From IMG/VR virus record IMGVR_UViG_3300028883_000036, positions 32,001-96,000 of that record: a stretch of DNA of 64,000 nt; one strand, written 5' to 3'. Below are positions 39,286 to 49,069 of this stretch, piece by piece (position 1 is the first letter of the stretch; each line of letters opens with the position of its first letter). Source of the DNA: a virus. The notes under the pieces were generated by a model that ran no database searches, was not told the DNA's origin, and saw only the letters and a list, made by a program, of their open reading frames with translations. The translations under genes were made by a program, and so were the position numbers.

Positions 39286-42200
39286 CTATATTCTAATTCC
39301 AGCACAACCAACACCTGCTTGATTTTGGTCTGTAGACCCTATTTTTAACCAATCTGTTTCCGAACCAACTTGTTCTGGAAGGGAATGTGAAATTATAGTA
39401 CCATCAGCTAATTGACCATAAGAATTATTGCCCCATGACCATAAAGTTCCATCAGTTTTAATAGCAAAAGTACTATTGATACCACTATAAACAGAAGACC
39501 ATGTATCAGTACCAACTTGAGTAGGAGAATTTACAGCACCCCCTGTAAGACCAAGCTGTAAATCAGTATTATTACCCCATGACCATAAAGTTCCATCGGT
39601 TTTAACAGCATGAGATGTTAACTCACTACCAGCTATTTCATCAGACCAATCTGTTAATGCCCCTATTTGAACAGGAGATGATTTAGATACTATAGTACCA
39701 TCACCTAATTGACCTTCTAAATTTCTACCCCATGACCATAAAGTTCCATCGGTTTTAACAGCAATAGTATGATATGTTCCATCTTTAACATTACTCCAAT
39801 TCGTATCACTACCAACTTGAGTAGGAGAACTTCTATGTGTAGTTGCTCCCTGATCACCTAGTCCTAATTGACCATATAAATTACTACCCCATGACCATAA
39901 AGTTCCATCAGTTTTAATAGCATGACATGTGTATTGACATTGTGATATAACTGCCCAATCTGTTAATGCCCCTATTTGAATAGGAGATGATTTAGATACT
40001 ATAGTACCATCACCTAATTGACCATTATTATTATATCCCCATGACCATAAAGTTCCATCGGTTTTAATAGCTAAACATGAACTAATACCATCTGTAGAAC
40101 AATATTCCCAATCTGTTAATGCCCCTACTTGTGTTAATACTGATTTTGATGAAGTTGAACCATTACCAAGACCACCATTAGAACCATACCCACAAGTCCA
40201 AAGTGTTCCATCAAGTTTTATAACAATATTAAGAGCACCCATATCAACTTCTTTCCATGTAGTATCTGAACCAACTTGAGTAGGAGATGATCTTCTATCT
40301 GTATCATTTAAACCAAGTTGACCAAAAGGATTAAATCCCCATGCAAATAATTCACCAACAATAGCTGTACTTGAACTACTTGAACTTGATGTTGATTCAC
40401 TTGAGCTTGAACTTGATATGCTTGAACTTGATACTGAACTACTACTTGATGAACTTGTAGAACTTGAAGATGAAGAATTAAGTGCTTCTATTCTATAATG
40501 AAAAAAACATTGAACCCCTTCAGGTTTATGTAATGTACTACATCTTGAATACATTATTAAATCATCAAGATAATTAAAAAGACCAACTTCAGTTATATCA
40601 ACATCTGAATAATCTTTAGGAACAATAAAATCAACTAAAACTTGTTGACTTCCATATTGCTCTATTGCTTCATATGCTCCACTCGTTACAGGAGATTCTA
40701 AATCATTTTCAACAAATGGATTCCATAATGTACTTGTTCCTGTTCCTACTTTCCAATATCCCAAAACATCAGGACATATTCCTATTCCAAGTATATCACA
40801 ATTATATGGAGAATAAACAACTCTATCTCTTAATACTTGAATTATATGAGCATATCCTCTTTTATTTTCAGCCCAATAAATTTCTAAATTATCTTGATCA
40901 ATAATAACTATTCTATCAGGAGATATTGTTTCATATGTAGTAATGTCATAACATTGAACGATAACCCATGAATTTAACTTATGTTCTATAGACCATTTAG
41001 TAGATGGATCATATTGATTATGAATATAATCAGATCTTCTTACCAATGATCCACCTGAAACAGCAGTATTCCAAGTTGTTTGTATAATATCTTGAGTAGG
41101 AATATCATTTATATAAGGAATAACTCTATAACCATTTGTATCCCAATGCATAGCTATTGGTCCTGGTGCCGCTGATGTACCAATATAACCTGATGGAGTA
41201 TTAGTAGATAAATTATGAGTTATATTCCATATATCTGCTCCTGCACTTACATAATTTTCATTATAAAAACTAATTCCATTAGCCGCTGATCCTGCAATAG
41301 CAGCAACCCCTCTTACTGACTCATTAAAAGTTAATTCTACTGCATTATCACTAAGCATATGTACTGTATCAGGTTGTACTAATTTTGCTCCTACACTTGT
41401 TGGTCCTACAAAAACCCAAGGCTGAACCAAAATATATTTACTGTTTAAATTATGTGTAATTGTCCATTTTTTAGATGCAAATTGTTGAAAATGTGAATCA
41501 GTATTAAAACCACCACTACTTCTTCCCCCCGCTGATATAAATCGTGACCCTGTAAAAAAAGTATTCATAAATCCATTTGAATTTTTCGGATATAATGCTA
41601 CTGAATCACCAATTCTATCAACTTTTGCCAATGGAGCAATTAATTCTTCATAATGAGCATATTTATTAACTGGTTTGACATAATCAAAATTAGTTATTAA
41701 TTCATCTATAATATCTTCACTAATAATTGTATCATTATCAAATATATCACCTAATGGTTCAGTAGATAAATCTACTTGAACCTTATAATGTGGTGTAATA
41801 ACAGGATACCCTGAGTTAGTAATTGTTTGAGTATATGTATTATTAAGAGAAAGACCATATATAGTTCCAGACCATTTTTGATGCCCTGTAATTCTTTTAC
41901 CATTCAAAACAGTTAAAATTGAATATGAATTAACTGAACTTAAAGAAAGAGAAAATGTTTCAAGTAAATCCCCAACTAATCTATTTTCTGTACTATAAAC
42001 TCTTACTCTTAATACTGCATCTGTTCTATCTATAGTAAGATAATATGGAGTATTATATGTATAAACATATGTAGATTTAGTACTATTTTCAATTCCACTT
42101 TTAGATTCACCTAACCTAAAGAAAATATTACTACCTGATGCTTCAAAACTACAATAAATATAATCACCTACATGATCTGATATTTGAGCTACTTCATTAC

Positions 42201-43437
42201 TTAAAGACCAAAAAACCAAATTAGAAGGTTGATTTAAATAAACATTTTCATCCATTTTAATACCAATTGAATGAATAAAATTACCGCTATATATAGGAGT
42301 AGCTGCACTTAAATATATTGTTTGAGTAGTTAATCTTGTAGGATCATATTCAGTAATAGAAATTTGATTTTCTTTAATATCACCAACTGAGCAATTTAAA
42401 TCATCATAATTAAATAGTATATAATTTTCTTCTGTTCCTGTATCCCAAGCAAAAGTTAAACAATTTCCTGATGGTGCTACTCTTGTATGAACAGGATAAT
42501 TATCAGGATTATATCTTGAATAATAATAATCACCAGCACCACCACTAGGTTGAATACCATAAAATTCTAAAAAATGATAATCTTCAAACTCATCAGTTAA
42601 TTTTCCAAATGTATCATCTATATTCTGAACACACCATTCCCCCCATCTTTCATATATATTTAAATGATTACTAGTATTTTTCGAAAATAACTTCCATACT
42701 ATATAAAGAGCATTATATGTTCCTATTCTTTTTAAAAAATATGGTAAATTTTCTACCCATTCTCTCAATGAAAGTTCATCAAGAACTTCTTCTGATATTT
42801 CCACTCCATATGTACTTGCAATATAAGCTAACCATCTTATATCAATTTCTTTTGCATCAAACATAGACCAAAATGTTTTTGTCATATTATACATCTCATG
42901 ATGTACTTGATCCCAATAAACCTTTAACCATTCTTCCATATTAACAGTTTGATTATGTTGTGGAATTCCCTTTAAAGTAAAATCTTTAAGTCCTTCAAAT
43001 TCAATTGAATATGTATTTATTTCATTACTTACAGGCCAAATTTTACCAAAGAATAAAAATGTTTTTTCTTGATTACAATAATTATGATATAAATCATCTT
43101 GTTCTGGTCTTGCTAACCAATAATGAAAAAAAGAATCTTTTCTAAAATACATTTCATTACCGATATCAAAAGCACTAGAAGCAACAGAAAAAGTAGATTC
43201 AAGACCTTCATATGTCATTTTAAATCTATTACCAACTATTTCTTTAATCTTAAATCTATGCCCAACATACCCTCTATCAGAATTATCTTCATAAAGAATA
43301 GTATATACCCCACCTTGACTTACTACAGTACGATTAGGACCAATCAATACACTTTTTTGAGTACCTACTCTTTCTGCAACTAAAATATCAAAATATGACT
43401 TCAATAATTTATAATTAGGATCTGAAAATTTCCCCAT
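39286..43437 (-). CDS. Large baseplate/tail protein with poly-Ser linker and C-terminal RCC1 beta-propeller
   Basis: Wedge-like segment (LAYIA ... LKRIGT), WxIxHNL repeats, DITEVGLF, a poly-Ser linker, then about seven KTDGTLWSWG.N..GQLG repeats; adjacent to gp6. Confidence 0.75.
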   Translation of the reverse strand: MGKFSDPNYKLLKSYFDILVAERVGTQKSVLIGPNRTVVSQGGVYTILYEDNSDRGYVGHRFKIKEIVGNRFKMTYEGLESTFSVASSAFDIGNEMYFRKDSFFHYWLARPEQDDLYHNYCNQEKTFLFFGKIWPVSNEINTYSIEFEGLKDFTLKGIPQHNQTVNMEEWLKVYWDQVHHEMYNMTKTFWSMFDAKEIDIRWLAYIASTYGVEISEEVLDELSLREWVENLPYFLKRIGTYNALYIVWKLFSKNTSNHLNIYERWGEWCVQNIDDTFGKLTDEFEDYHFLEFYGIQPSGGAGDYYYSRYNPDNYPVHTRVAPSGNCLTFAWDTGTEENYILFNYDDLNCSVGDIKENQISITEYDPTRLTTQTIYLSAATPIYSGNFIHSIGIKMDENVYLNQPSNLVFWSLSNEVAQISDHVGDYIYCSFEASGSNIFFRLGESKSGIENSTKSTYVYTYNTPYYLTIDRTDAVLRVRVYSTENRLVGDLLETFSLSLSSVNSYSILTVLNGKRITGHQKWSGTIYGLSLNNTYTQTITNSGYPVITPHYKVQVDLSTEPLGDIFDNDTIISEDIIDELITNFDYVKPVNKYAHYEELIAPLAKVDRIGDSVALYPKNSNGFMNTFFTGSRFISAGGRSSGGFNTDSHFQQFASKKWTITHNLNSKYILVQPWVFVGPTSVGAKLVQPDTVHMLSDNAVELTFNESVRGVAAIAGSAANGISFYNENYVSAGADIWNITHNLSTNTPSGYIGTSAAPGPIAMHWDTNGYRVIPYINDIPTQDIIQTTWNTAVSGGSLVRRSDYIHNQYDPSTKWSIEHKLNSWVIVQCYDITTYETISPDRIVIIDQDNLEIYWAENKRGYAHIIQVLRDRVVYSPYNCDILGIGICPDVLGYWKVGTGTSTLWNPFVENDLESPVTSGAYEAIEQYGSQQVLVDFIVPKDYSDVDITEVGLFNYLDDLIMYSRCSTLHKPEGVQCFFHYRIEALNSSSSSSTSSSSSSSVSSSSISSSSSSESTSSSSSSSTAIVGELFAWGFNPFGQLGLNDTDRRSSPTQVGSDTTWKEVDMGALNIVIKLDGTLWTCGYGSNGGLGNGSTSSKSVLTQVGALTDWEYCSTDGISSCLAIKTDGTLWSWGYNNNGQLGDGTIVSKSSPIQIGALTDWAVISQCQYTCHAIKTDGTLWSWGSNLYGQLGLGDQGATTHRSSPTQVGSDTNWSNVKDGTYHTIAVKTDGTLWSWGRNLEGQLGDGTIVSKSSPVQIGALTDWSDEIAGSELTSHAVKTDGTLWSWGNNTDLQLGLTGGAVNSPTQVGTDTWSSVYSGINSTFAIKTDGTLWSWGNNSYGQLADGTIISHSLPEQVGSETDWLKIGSTDQNQAGVGCAGIRI

Positions 43438-43851
43438 TTAGCTTACCTTTATTTTTTTAATAGCATCATCAAGTTTTTTCTTAATATCATTTCTTCTTTC
43501 TAATAAATCTTTATAATCTTGTTGTAATATAACGTCTTCAGGATATCTTCTCATTTGTCTTTTTAATTCAAATAAATCATTAGTTAATTTATCATACATA
43601 AATTGAAAATATCTAACATCAGATTTATATTGTTGATTTTCTAAAGCACCAGCAACTTTAATTTCCAAATTTTGTACTTCTTTTTCGGCATATACTTCAA
43701 CTTTATCAACTCTTGTATTAGTAGCATAATGAACTTCAAATCCCCATATACCACCAACAATTGCAAATACTGTTGCAACAGCAGATAAAACAACAATTAC
43801 TTTTTTAGTGAAATAACTTGTCCATGTTTTTTTATCTATTTCATCTACCAT
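43438..43851 (-). CDS. Single-TM coiled-coil membrane protein
   Basis: Hydrophobic VIVVLSAVATVFAIVGGIWGF followed by a helical region. Confidence 0.6.
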   Translation of the reverse strand: MVDEIDKKTWTSYFTKKVIVVLSAVATVFAIVGGIWGFEVHYATNTRVDKVEVYAEKEVQNLEIKVAGALENQQYKSDVRYFQFMYDKLTNDLFELKRQMRRYPEDVILQQDYKDLLERRNDIKKKLDDAIKKIKVS

Positions 43852-43863
43852 TATTATCTCCCA

Positions 43864-45576
43864 TTATGTTTCTTCAAATATTTTTACTGTGTTACTTGAT
43901 AAATAAGGAAACTGATTCAATCCTAATTGAATAGGTCTTAACATATTATCTCTATTTGTCCAAGGAGCATTAGACCATTTTGGAAATAATGTTGGATCAT
44001 CAGAATTAACATTATATTCATATATAGTTTTATTAATGTTAATATCTCTTATATTTAAATTTCTTATTCCTTTGATATATTCAAAATTATCATCAGGAGA
44101 TACATTACTTGTATCTATTAAATATTCTGTTATATCATTAAAATCTATTTCACTATTAAACAATTGATTTTCAGCCCTAAAATAATAAATAAGTTTATTC
44201 AAAACATCTGTTTGAATATCAGCAAAATCATATATTCTTTTCTTTCTTACACCAATTTCAAAACTAAAATATATTAAATCAGGAATTTCCATTATTTCAT
44301 ATGCTGATATCATTTTTCTTGGTCTTAAATAAAGAAGTAATTCATTTTCCCATGCAGAAGAATATCCTATTGGAATTAATATAGATTCTGTTTCATTCCA
44401 ATCCGTAGTAATAGTACCCGCTGAAGTTTGAATTGTACTATTATTAAAATCTTCAGGAATAACACTAATATGAACTAAATTATATTCTTGTGGATCTCCT
44501 GAACCAGAAGGAACTAAATCTTGTTCACCATAAGCATTAGCTTTAATAACATCTGATCTTGCTGATAAAAATGAATTATATGCTGTAGCATTTACATCTC
44601 TAAATTGTGATCTCAAAGCTGATTGAGAATTAAATCTAATTTCATCAATAGTTTCAGGAGCAGAAGCACCTATACTTGCTGCACTTAATGACATAGTAAT
44701 TACATTATTATTAACATAAGAAGTAGTTATCCCTCTAGTAAGTTCTATAAATTCATCTGAATTAATTACCCATGTTTCATCTGCATCTTCACCAATACTT
44801 CCATCTGTTCCTAAACTATCTAATGCTATTATAGATATATCATCATCTATTGTGGGAACATTTCTTGATGAATTAAATACTATTTTATTTCTTCTATATC
44901 TATCATATATTGACATATATACATTATCTGAAGATTCAATAACATCTAAATAAAAATCTGAAACTCTTGTCCATTCTGTATCATTTACTGTAACTCTAAT
45001 ACTTGGTAATTCATCTGTTAAATCATCATCATATCCATATTCAGAAGGAAGAATTAACTCATTATCAATTAAATCATCACCTGTATATCCAGTTAAATTA
45101 ACTAATTCTCCTTGTCTTACTGGAACATTTATAACGGTATCTGTACTTGAAGCTGTAACTTGTACTGAAGCTGTAGTAGCAAATAAAATTTGATTTCCAT
45201 CAGTATCTTGTCTTCCTGAATCTAATTGTTTCCAAGGCAACACCCTAAGAACATCTCCTACTTGTGTTCCTGATACAGCTACTTGTAAAGTACATCTAGC
45301 AGATCTTGTTCCTTTTGGTTCATATCCTATTTGTCTTGCCAATCTATTTGCTGCTTCATAAACATCAGCAGTTTCAAGAAAATTATTTTTTGCTATTTTA
45401 TTTATAAAAAATGTATTTAATTCACTTACATAAGCATTTAACTCCATTAAAATAGAAATATTAGATCCTTCAAAATCATAATCTTTAAATACTTCACTAT
45501 TTTGAAGTTCTGTTTTGAATTTTTCTATTAGAGTTAAAAAATCTGTAGAAAGATATTCAGGGGTAAATTCAGCCAT
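43864..45576 (-). CDS. gp6: Baseplate wedge protein gp6-like
   Basis: FKDYDFEGSNISILME, FLETA, ARQIGY and ETIDEIR ... QFR motifs. Confidence 0.88.
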   Translation of the reverse strand: MAEFTPEYLSTDFLTLIEKFKTELQNSEVFKDYDFEGSNISILMELNAYVSELNTFFINKIAKNNFLETADVYEAANRLARQIGYEPKGTRSARCTLQVAVSGTQVGDVLRVLPWKQLDSGRQDTDGNQILFATTASVQVTASSTDTVINVPVRQGELVNLTGYTGDDLIDNELILPSEYGYDDDLTDELPSIRVTVNDTEWTRVSDFYLDVIESSDNVYMSIYDRYRRNKIVFNSSRNVPTIDDDISIIALDSLGTDGSIGEDADETWVINSDEFIELTRGITTSYVNNNVITMSLSAASIGASAPETIDEIRFNSQSALRSQFRDVNATAYNSFLSARSDVIKANAYGEQDLVPSGSGDPQEYNLVHISVIPEDFNNSTIQTSAGTITTDWNETESILIPIGYSSAWENELLLYLRPRKMISAYEIMEIPDLIYFSFEIGVRKKRIYDFADIQTDVLNKLIYYFRAENQLFNSEIDFNDITEYLIDTSNVSPDDNFEYIKGIRNLNIRDININKTIYEYNVNSDDPTLFPKWSNAPWTNRDNMLRPIQLGLNQFPYLSSNTVKIFEET

Positions 45577-45589
45577 TATTCAATTCTCC

Positions 45590-45967
45590 TTATCGTGTTA
45601 ATATAAAACTCACAGTTTCAACTTCATCACTACCTATTATTGTAAAGTTGAGTCTACATCTGTATGCATTTTGATCATACAATGGTTCAATATCAAATCT
45701 TGTAATATCAATTCTATTTTCCCAAATTTTAATAGCATCAATTAAATTTTCCGCTATTTGTCTTGCAGAAATTTCATCAATAGGTTCAAACAAAAGATGT
45801 TTTACATTAGAAGCAAAAGTAGGTAGCATTCTTCTTTCCCCTTGAACAGTCAAAATAATATTAGTTATACTATTAAATATTGCATCCACATCAGTATCTT
45901 TTTCAACATCTCCATCAGACTGTTTTGTAAAACTTCCATCATAATCACTATAAAATACTGTTGCCAT
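45590..45967 (-). CDS. gp25: Baseplate wedge / sheath initiator gp25-like
   Basis: YSD, AIFNSITNIILT..GER.M.PTF, LLFEP and WENRI motifs. Confidence 0.9.
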   Translation of the reverse strand: MATVFYSDYDGSFTKQSDGDVEKDTDVDAIFNSITNIILTVQGERRMLPTFASNVKHLLFEPIDEISARQIAENLIDAIKIWENRIDITRFDIEPLYDQNAYRCRLNFTIIGSDEVETVSFILTR

Positions 45968-46346
45968 TTTTTATCCTCTTTGGGTTTATTTTAATAGAAT
46001 CTATCTTTCTATCTTTATTTATCTTTAATTGTTTGCATTTTTTAGAATTTTCAGTAATTAATATGCATTCTGTTTCTTCTTTTGCTTTTTTATTATATAA
46101 AATGATATGTTTTTTCTTTTTATAATATTCTTTATTATATTTCTTTATTGCATTTTTATTATTCTTCTTCCATTTTTCATTACATTTCTGTTGTATTAAT
46201 TTTCCTTTTTGAGAAGATTTATATTTTTTGGTAATTTTTCTCATACAATCCCTACAATATATATTTTTACCATCAGGATTAGATGTTTTTTTACCAAACT
46301 TCCCAATTTTTCTATTTCTACCACAACATTTACATATCTTCTTCAT
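45948..46346 (-). CDS. Basic Zn-finger protein resembling the N-terminus of HNH-type homing endonucleases
   Basis: CKCC ... F ... DG ... CRDC; no nuclease domain follows. Confidence 0.5.
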   Translation of the reverse strand: MKKICKCCGRNRKIGKFGKKTSNPDGKNIYCRDCMRKITKKYKSSQKGKLIQQKCNEKWKKNNKNAIKKYNKEYYKKKKHIILYNKKAKEETECILITENSKKCKQLKINKDRKIDSIKINPKRIKNGNSIL

Positions 46347-46497
46347 TTTTTTTATGTTTCTTTTTTCTACTATATTTTGATTTATCTTTAAAAAATTGAC
46401 TACCTTTAGCAGTAGGAATTCTTAATGCTTTCTTTTGATCTAAAGTATCTCTTTTTTTCTTTTTAGCTTCAGGTAAATATTTATCTATCAAATTCAT
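46330..46497 (-). CDS. Small basic protein with capsid-targeting-like leader (55 aa, not in the ORF track)
   Basis: Manual translation MNLIDKYLPEAKKKKRDTLDQKKALRIPTAKGSQFFKDKSKYSRKKKHKKNEEDM*; AGGAG upstream; starts 1 nt after the cca stop. Confidence 0.7.
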   Translation of the reverse strand: MNLIDKYLPEAKKKKRDTLDQKKALRIPTAKGSQFFKDKSKYSRKKKHKKNEEDM

Positions 46498-46498
46498 T

Positions 46499-47929
46499 CT
46501 AAACTCCTGTTATCTTTTTGATATATTTTTCAATTTCTTCTTTGTCTTCTATATCATGGTCCATTATCCATTCTGTAGTTTGAGTTATTATCTTTCCAAT
46601 TTTAGGTCCAGGTTTTAATCCTGTCCATTTTATTACATCTTTACCATCCACCAATTTAATCTGTTTATTGAGTTGTTTAGCACCAAACTTTTCTTTAACC
46701 TTAACGGCTTTATCAACAATTTTTTCAAATTCTCCTGCATGACTAAACATATGTCCTCTTGCATATTCATCAGCTTTTCCAACACTAACCAATACATCCC
46801 AATTATTATCAGAAACAAGTTTAGCTATTTTAGAAGGTTTCATATCAAGAATCTTATGAAACTTCATATGATTTCCAACTGCAAATATAAGAGCATCTTT
46901 TTCTTTATTACTCATTCTTAATCTATCAGCTATAGCATTCACTAAATCAATTGATTTCCTAGCATGACCAAGATATTTGGGTAATCCTTTATCATGAGAC
47001 AAAGTTATACCTTTACCTACATCGTGTAAAAGTATAGCCAAATTTTTAATCGGATCAGCAGAATCACTCTTTTTAAGTGCTGCCATGACATGACTATATA
47101 CTGTACCACCTTGCCCCCTTGTTTCTGGATGATGTTGTAAATTTTCTCTATACCATTTCAAATTAACTATTTCAGGTAATATATGTTTAAGAAGTTTTAA
47201 CTTATCCAACATATCAATATATTTTGCAAATTTATCTCCACTCTGAGAAGCAGATTTCATCAATTCATCTTTAATTCTTTCAGGTGCAAGTCCTGTTATA
47301 TTATGAGCTAATTTTTGTGCTGCTTTACTTGTATTTTTATCAACCTCAAAATCAAGTTTAGCTGCAAATCTTGCAAGTCTCATCATCCTCAAATAATCCT
47401 CACCAAACCGCTTGTAAGGATCACCAACAGTTTTTAAAACTTTATCTTTGATATCCCTCTTACCATCAAAATAATCTACAATTTCACCCTTAGAATTGAT
47501 TCCCATTGCATTTATAGTAAAATCTCTCCTTTCAACATCCTCTTTAAACTTTCCTGTTATTGTAACCGATTCTGGTCTTCTACCATCAAAATAAGTTCCA
47601 TCATTTCTAAACTGAGCTATTTCAAAATCATATCCACCTTGTTTCACAACTACAATTCCAAAACTTTTTGATTTACCTATATCATATGTTTTAAACATAG
47701 TAGATAATTCATCCATAGGCATATTAGTTGCTATATCAACATCATGAGGTTTTAAATTACCTAATACAATATCTCTTACACTTCCACCTACTATATAAGC
47801 CTTATATTTCTTCTTATTTATCTTATTTAGTATATCAACAGCTACTTTTAATTCTTTATTTCTTCTTATATAAGATTGCCAATCTTGTAATTTTTCTTTT
47901 GCTTCATTCAAATATCTTGTTAGTCTCAT
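46499..47929 (-). CDS. cca: Class II tRNA nucleotidyltransferase (CCA-adding enzyme) with HD domain
   Basis: VGGSVRD, DVDIAT, EDVERRDFTINAM, RFGEDYLRMMR and ERI..EL; HD domain HHPE ... H ... LLHDVGK. Confidence 0.88.
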   Translation of the reverse strand: MRLTRYLNEAKEKLQDWQSYIRRNKELKVAVDILNKINKKKYKAYIVGGSVRDIVLGNLKPHDVDIATNMPMDELSTMFKTYDIGKSKSFGIVVVKQGGYDFEIAQFRNDGTYFDGRRPESVTITGKFKEDVERRDFTINAMGINSKGEIVDYFDGKRDIKDKVLKTVGDPYKRFGEDYLRMMRLARFAAKLDFEVDKNTSKAAQKLAHNITGLAPERIKDELMKSASQSGDKFAKYIDMLDKLKLLKHILPEIVNLKWYRENLQHHPETRGQGGTVYSHVMAALKKSDSADPIKNLAILLHDVGKGITLSHDKGLPKYLGHARKSIDLVNAIADRLRMSNKEKDALIFAVGNHMKFHKILDMKPSKIAKLVSDNNWDVLVSVGKADEYARGHMFSHAGEFEKIVDKAVKVKEKFGAKQLNKQIKLVDGKDVIKWTGLKPGPKIGKIITQTTEWIMDHDIEDKEEIEKYIKKITGV

Positions 47930-48348
47930 TATATATACCCATATTTTTTTGCATTTTTTATTGATTTATTAGACATAGCAACAGGAATTTTTTTCATACC
48001 TAAATCTCTTAATACAGCATATCTATGTCTTCCATTTCCAAAAGATATTCTACCAATATCATCAATATCAACAGAAGAAACTATAATATTTCCTTCAGGA
48101 GATTCACCTAACCATCTTTTTCTTTCATCTTCTGGTTTTTCTATAATTTCTTTAAACATTTTATATCTACCACCAATAGCATTCCCACTTCCACCTTTAC
48201 CAATATAAAAATTTTTATCCCTTGACCATTCTTTATCAAATTTATTAACAATTACTTTTACAATTTTTCTATCAGTTTCAAATTTAGCCTTTTCAAATTT
48301 TAAAGACTTCAAATCAATTCCTTCATTCAAATATCTTTTAAATTTCAT
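47929..48348 (-). CDS. Stand-alone ParB/Srx-like domain protein
   Basis: NGRHRYAVLRDLGMKKIPV motif; N-terminal MKFKRYLNEG leader. Confidence 0.6.
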   Translation of the reverse strand: MKFKRYLNEGIDLKSLKFEKAKFETDRKIVKVIVNKFDKEWSRDKNFYIGKGGSGNAIGGRYKMFKEIIEKPEDERKRWLGESPEGNIIVSSVDIDDIGRISFGNGRHRYAVLRDLGMKKIPVAMSNKSIKNAKKYGYI

Positions 48349-49061
48349 TAAAAATACCTCTTTGGATTTTTAGTAGAACTACCTGTAGCAGCATTAATAG
48401 TTTCATTTATTTCTTTCTGAACTATTTCTGATTTAGCTTTAAAAGATTTTATATTATCTTTTAATGCAGTATCAAATCCTGTCATTAATATATCTTCATC
48501 AAAACTTCCATCTTCCGCAAGATATAAATCATCTGTAACTGTAGTAACTCTATCTTGTAATAATTGTATTTGATCTGCATATTCTGATGCCTGTTGTGAT
48601 AAAGAAACACATTGTAATTTTTTATTTATTGCAGCAATTAAATCACTAATTTCACTAGTAAGCCCCCAAATTTTTTGTAAAGCTTTCATCAAATCACTTT
48701 CAGGTAATGCCAATATTTCACTAATAGCATCTAATCCATCTTCAATATTATTCAATACATTATTCGCATATTTTTTTATATTAGCCAAAGCAATACTTAA
48801 ACAATCTCCTACAAGATCATTTATAGGTTCAATATCTGATACTGATGCACATAAAACTTCAGAAGTCAAAGCATTTAAAGCAGTATTAATAGTACTAGAT
48901 GGAGATATGCTATTAGGATCAAAACCTGTTCCTTGAGATCTAAAATCATCTACATATGGAGTTATCCCTCTTGCTTGTGCTTCAAGTGTATCTATCTCCC
49001 CTGTACTTGTATCTATAATATTTTGTAAAGGATCTATACTATTATTTTGATTACAAGTCAT
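48348..49061 (-). CDS. Hypothetical helical protein (baseplate-gene neighbour)
   Basis: 237 aa with GGAG RBS, directly downstream of gp5. Confidence 0.6.
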   Translation of the reverse strand: MTCNQNNSIDPLQNIIDTSTGEIDTLEAQARGITPYVDDFRSQGTGFDPNSISPSSTINTALNALTSEVLCASVSDIEPINDLVGDCLSIALANIKKYANNVLNNIEDGLDAISEILALPESDLMKALQKIWGLTSEISDLIAAINKKLQCVSLSQQASEYADQIQLLQDRVTTVTDDLYLAEDGSFDEDILMTGFDTALKDNIKSFKAKSEIVQKEINETINAATGSSTKNPKRYF

Positions 49062-49069
49062 ATCTTCTC

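Noticed and set aside
39400-40350. Diversity-generating retroelement TR/VR pair in the RCC1 region
   Set aside because: The near-identical segments are in-frame protein repeats, differences are not confined to adenines, and there is no reverse transcriptase in the window.
45948-46346. Active HNH homing endonuclease
   Set aside because: Only the Zn-finger/basic N-terminal part is present and no HNH catalytic motif is visible.
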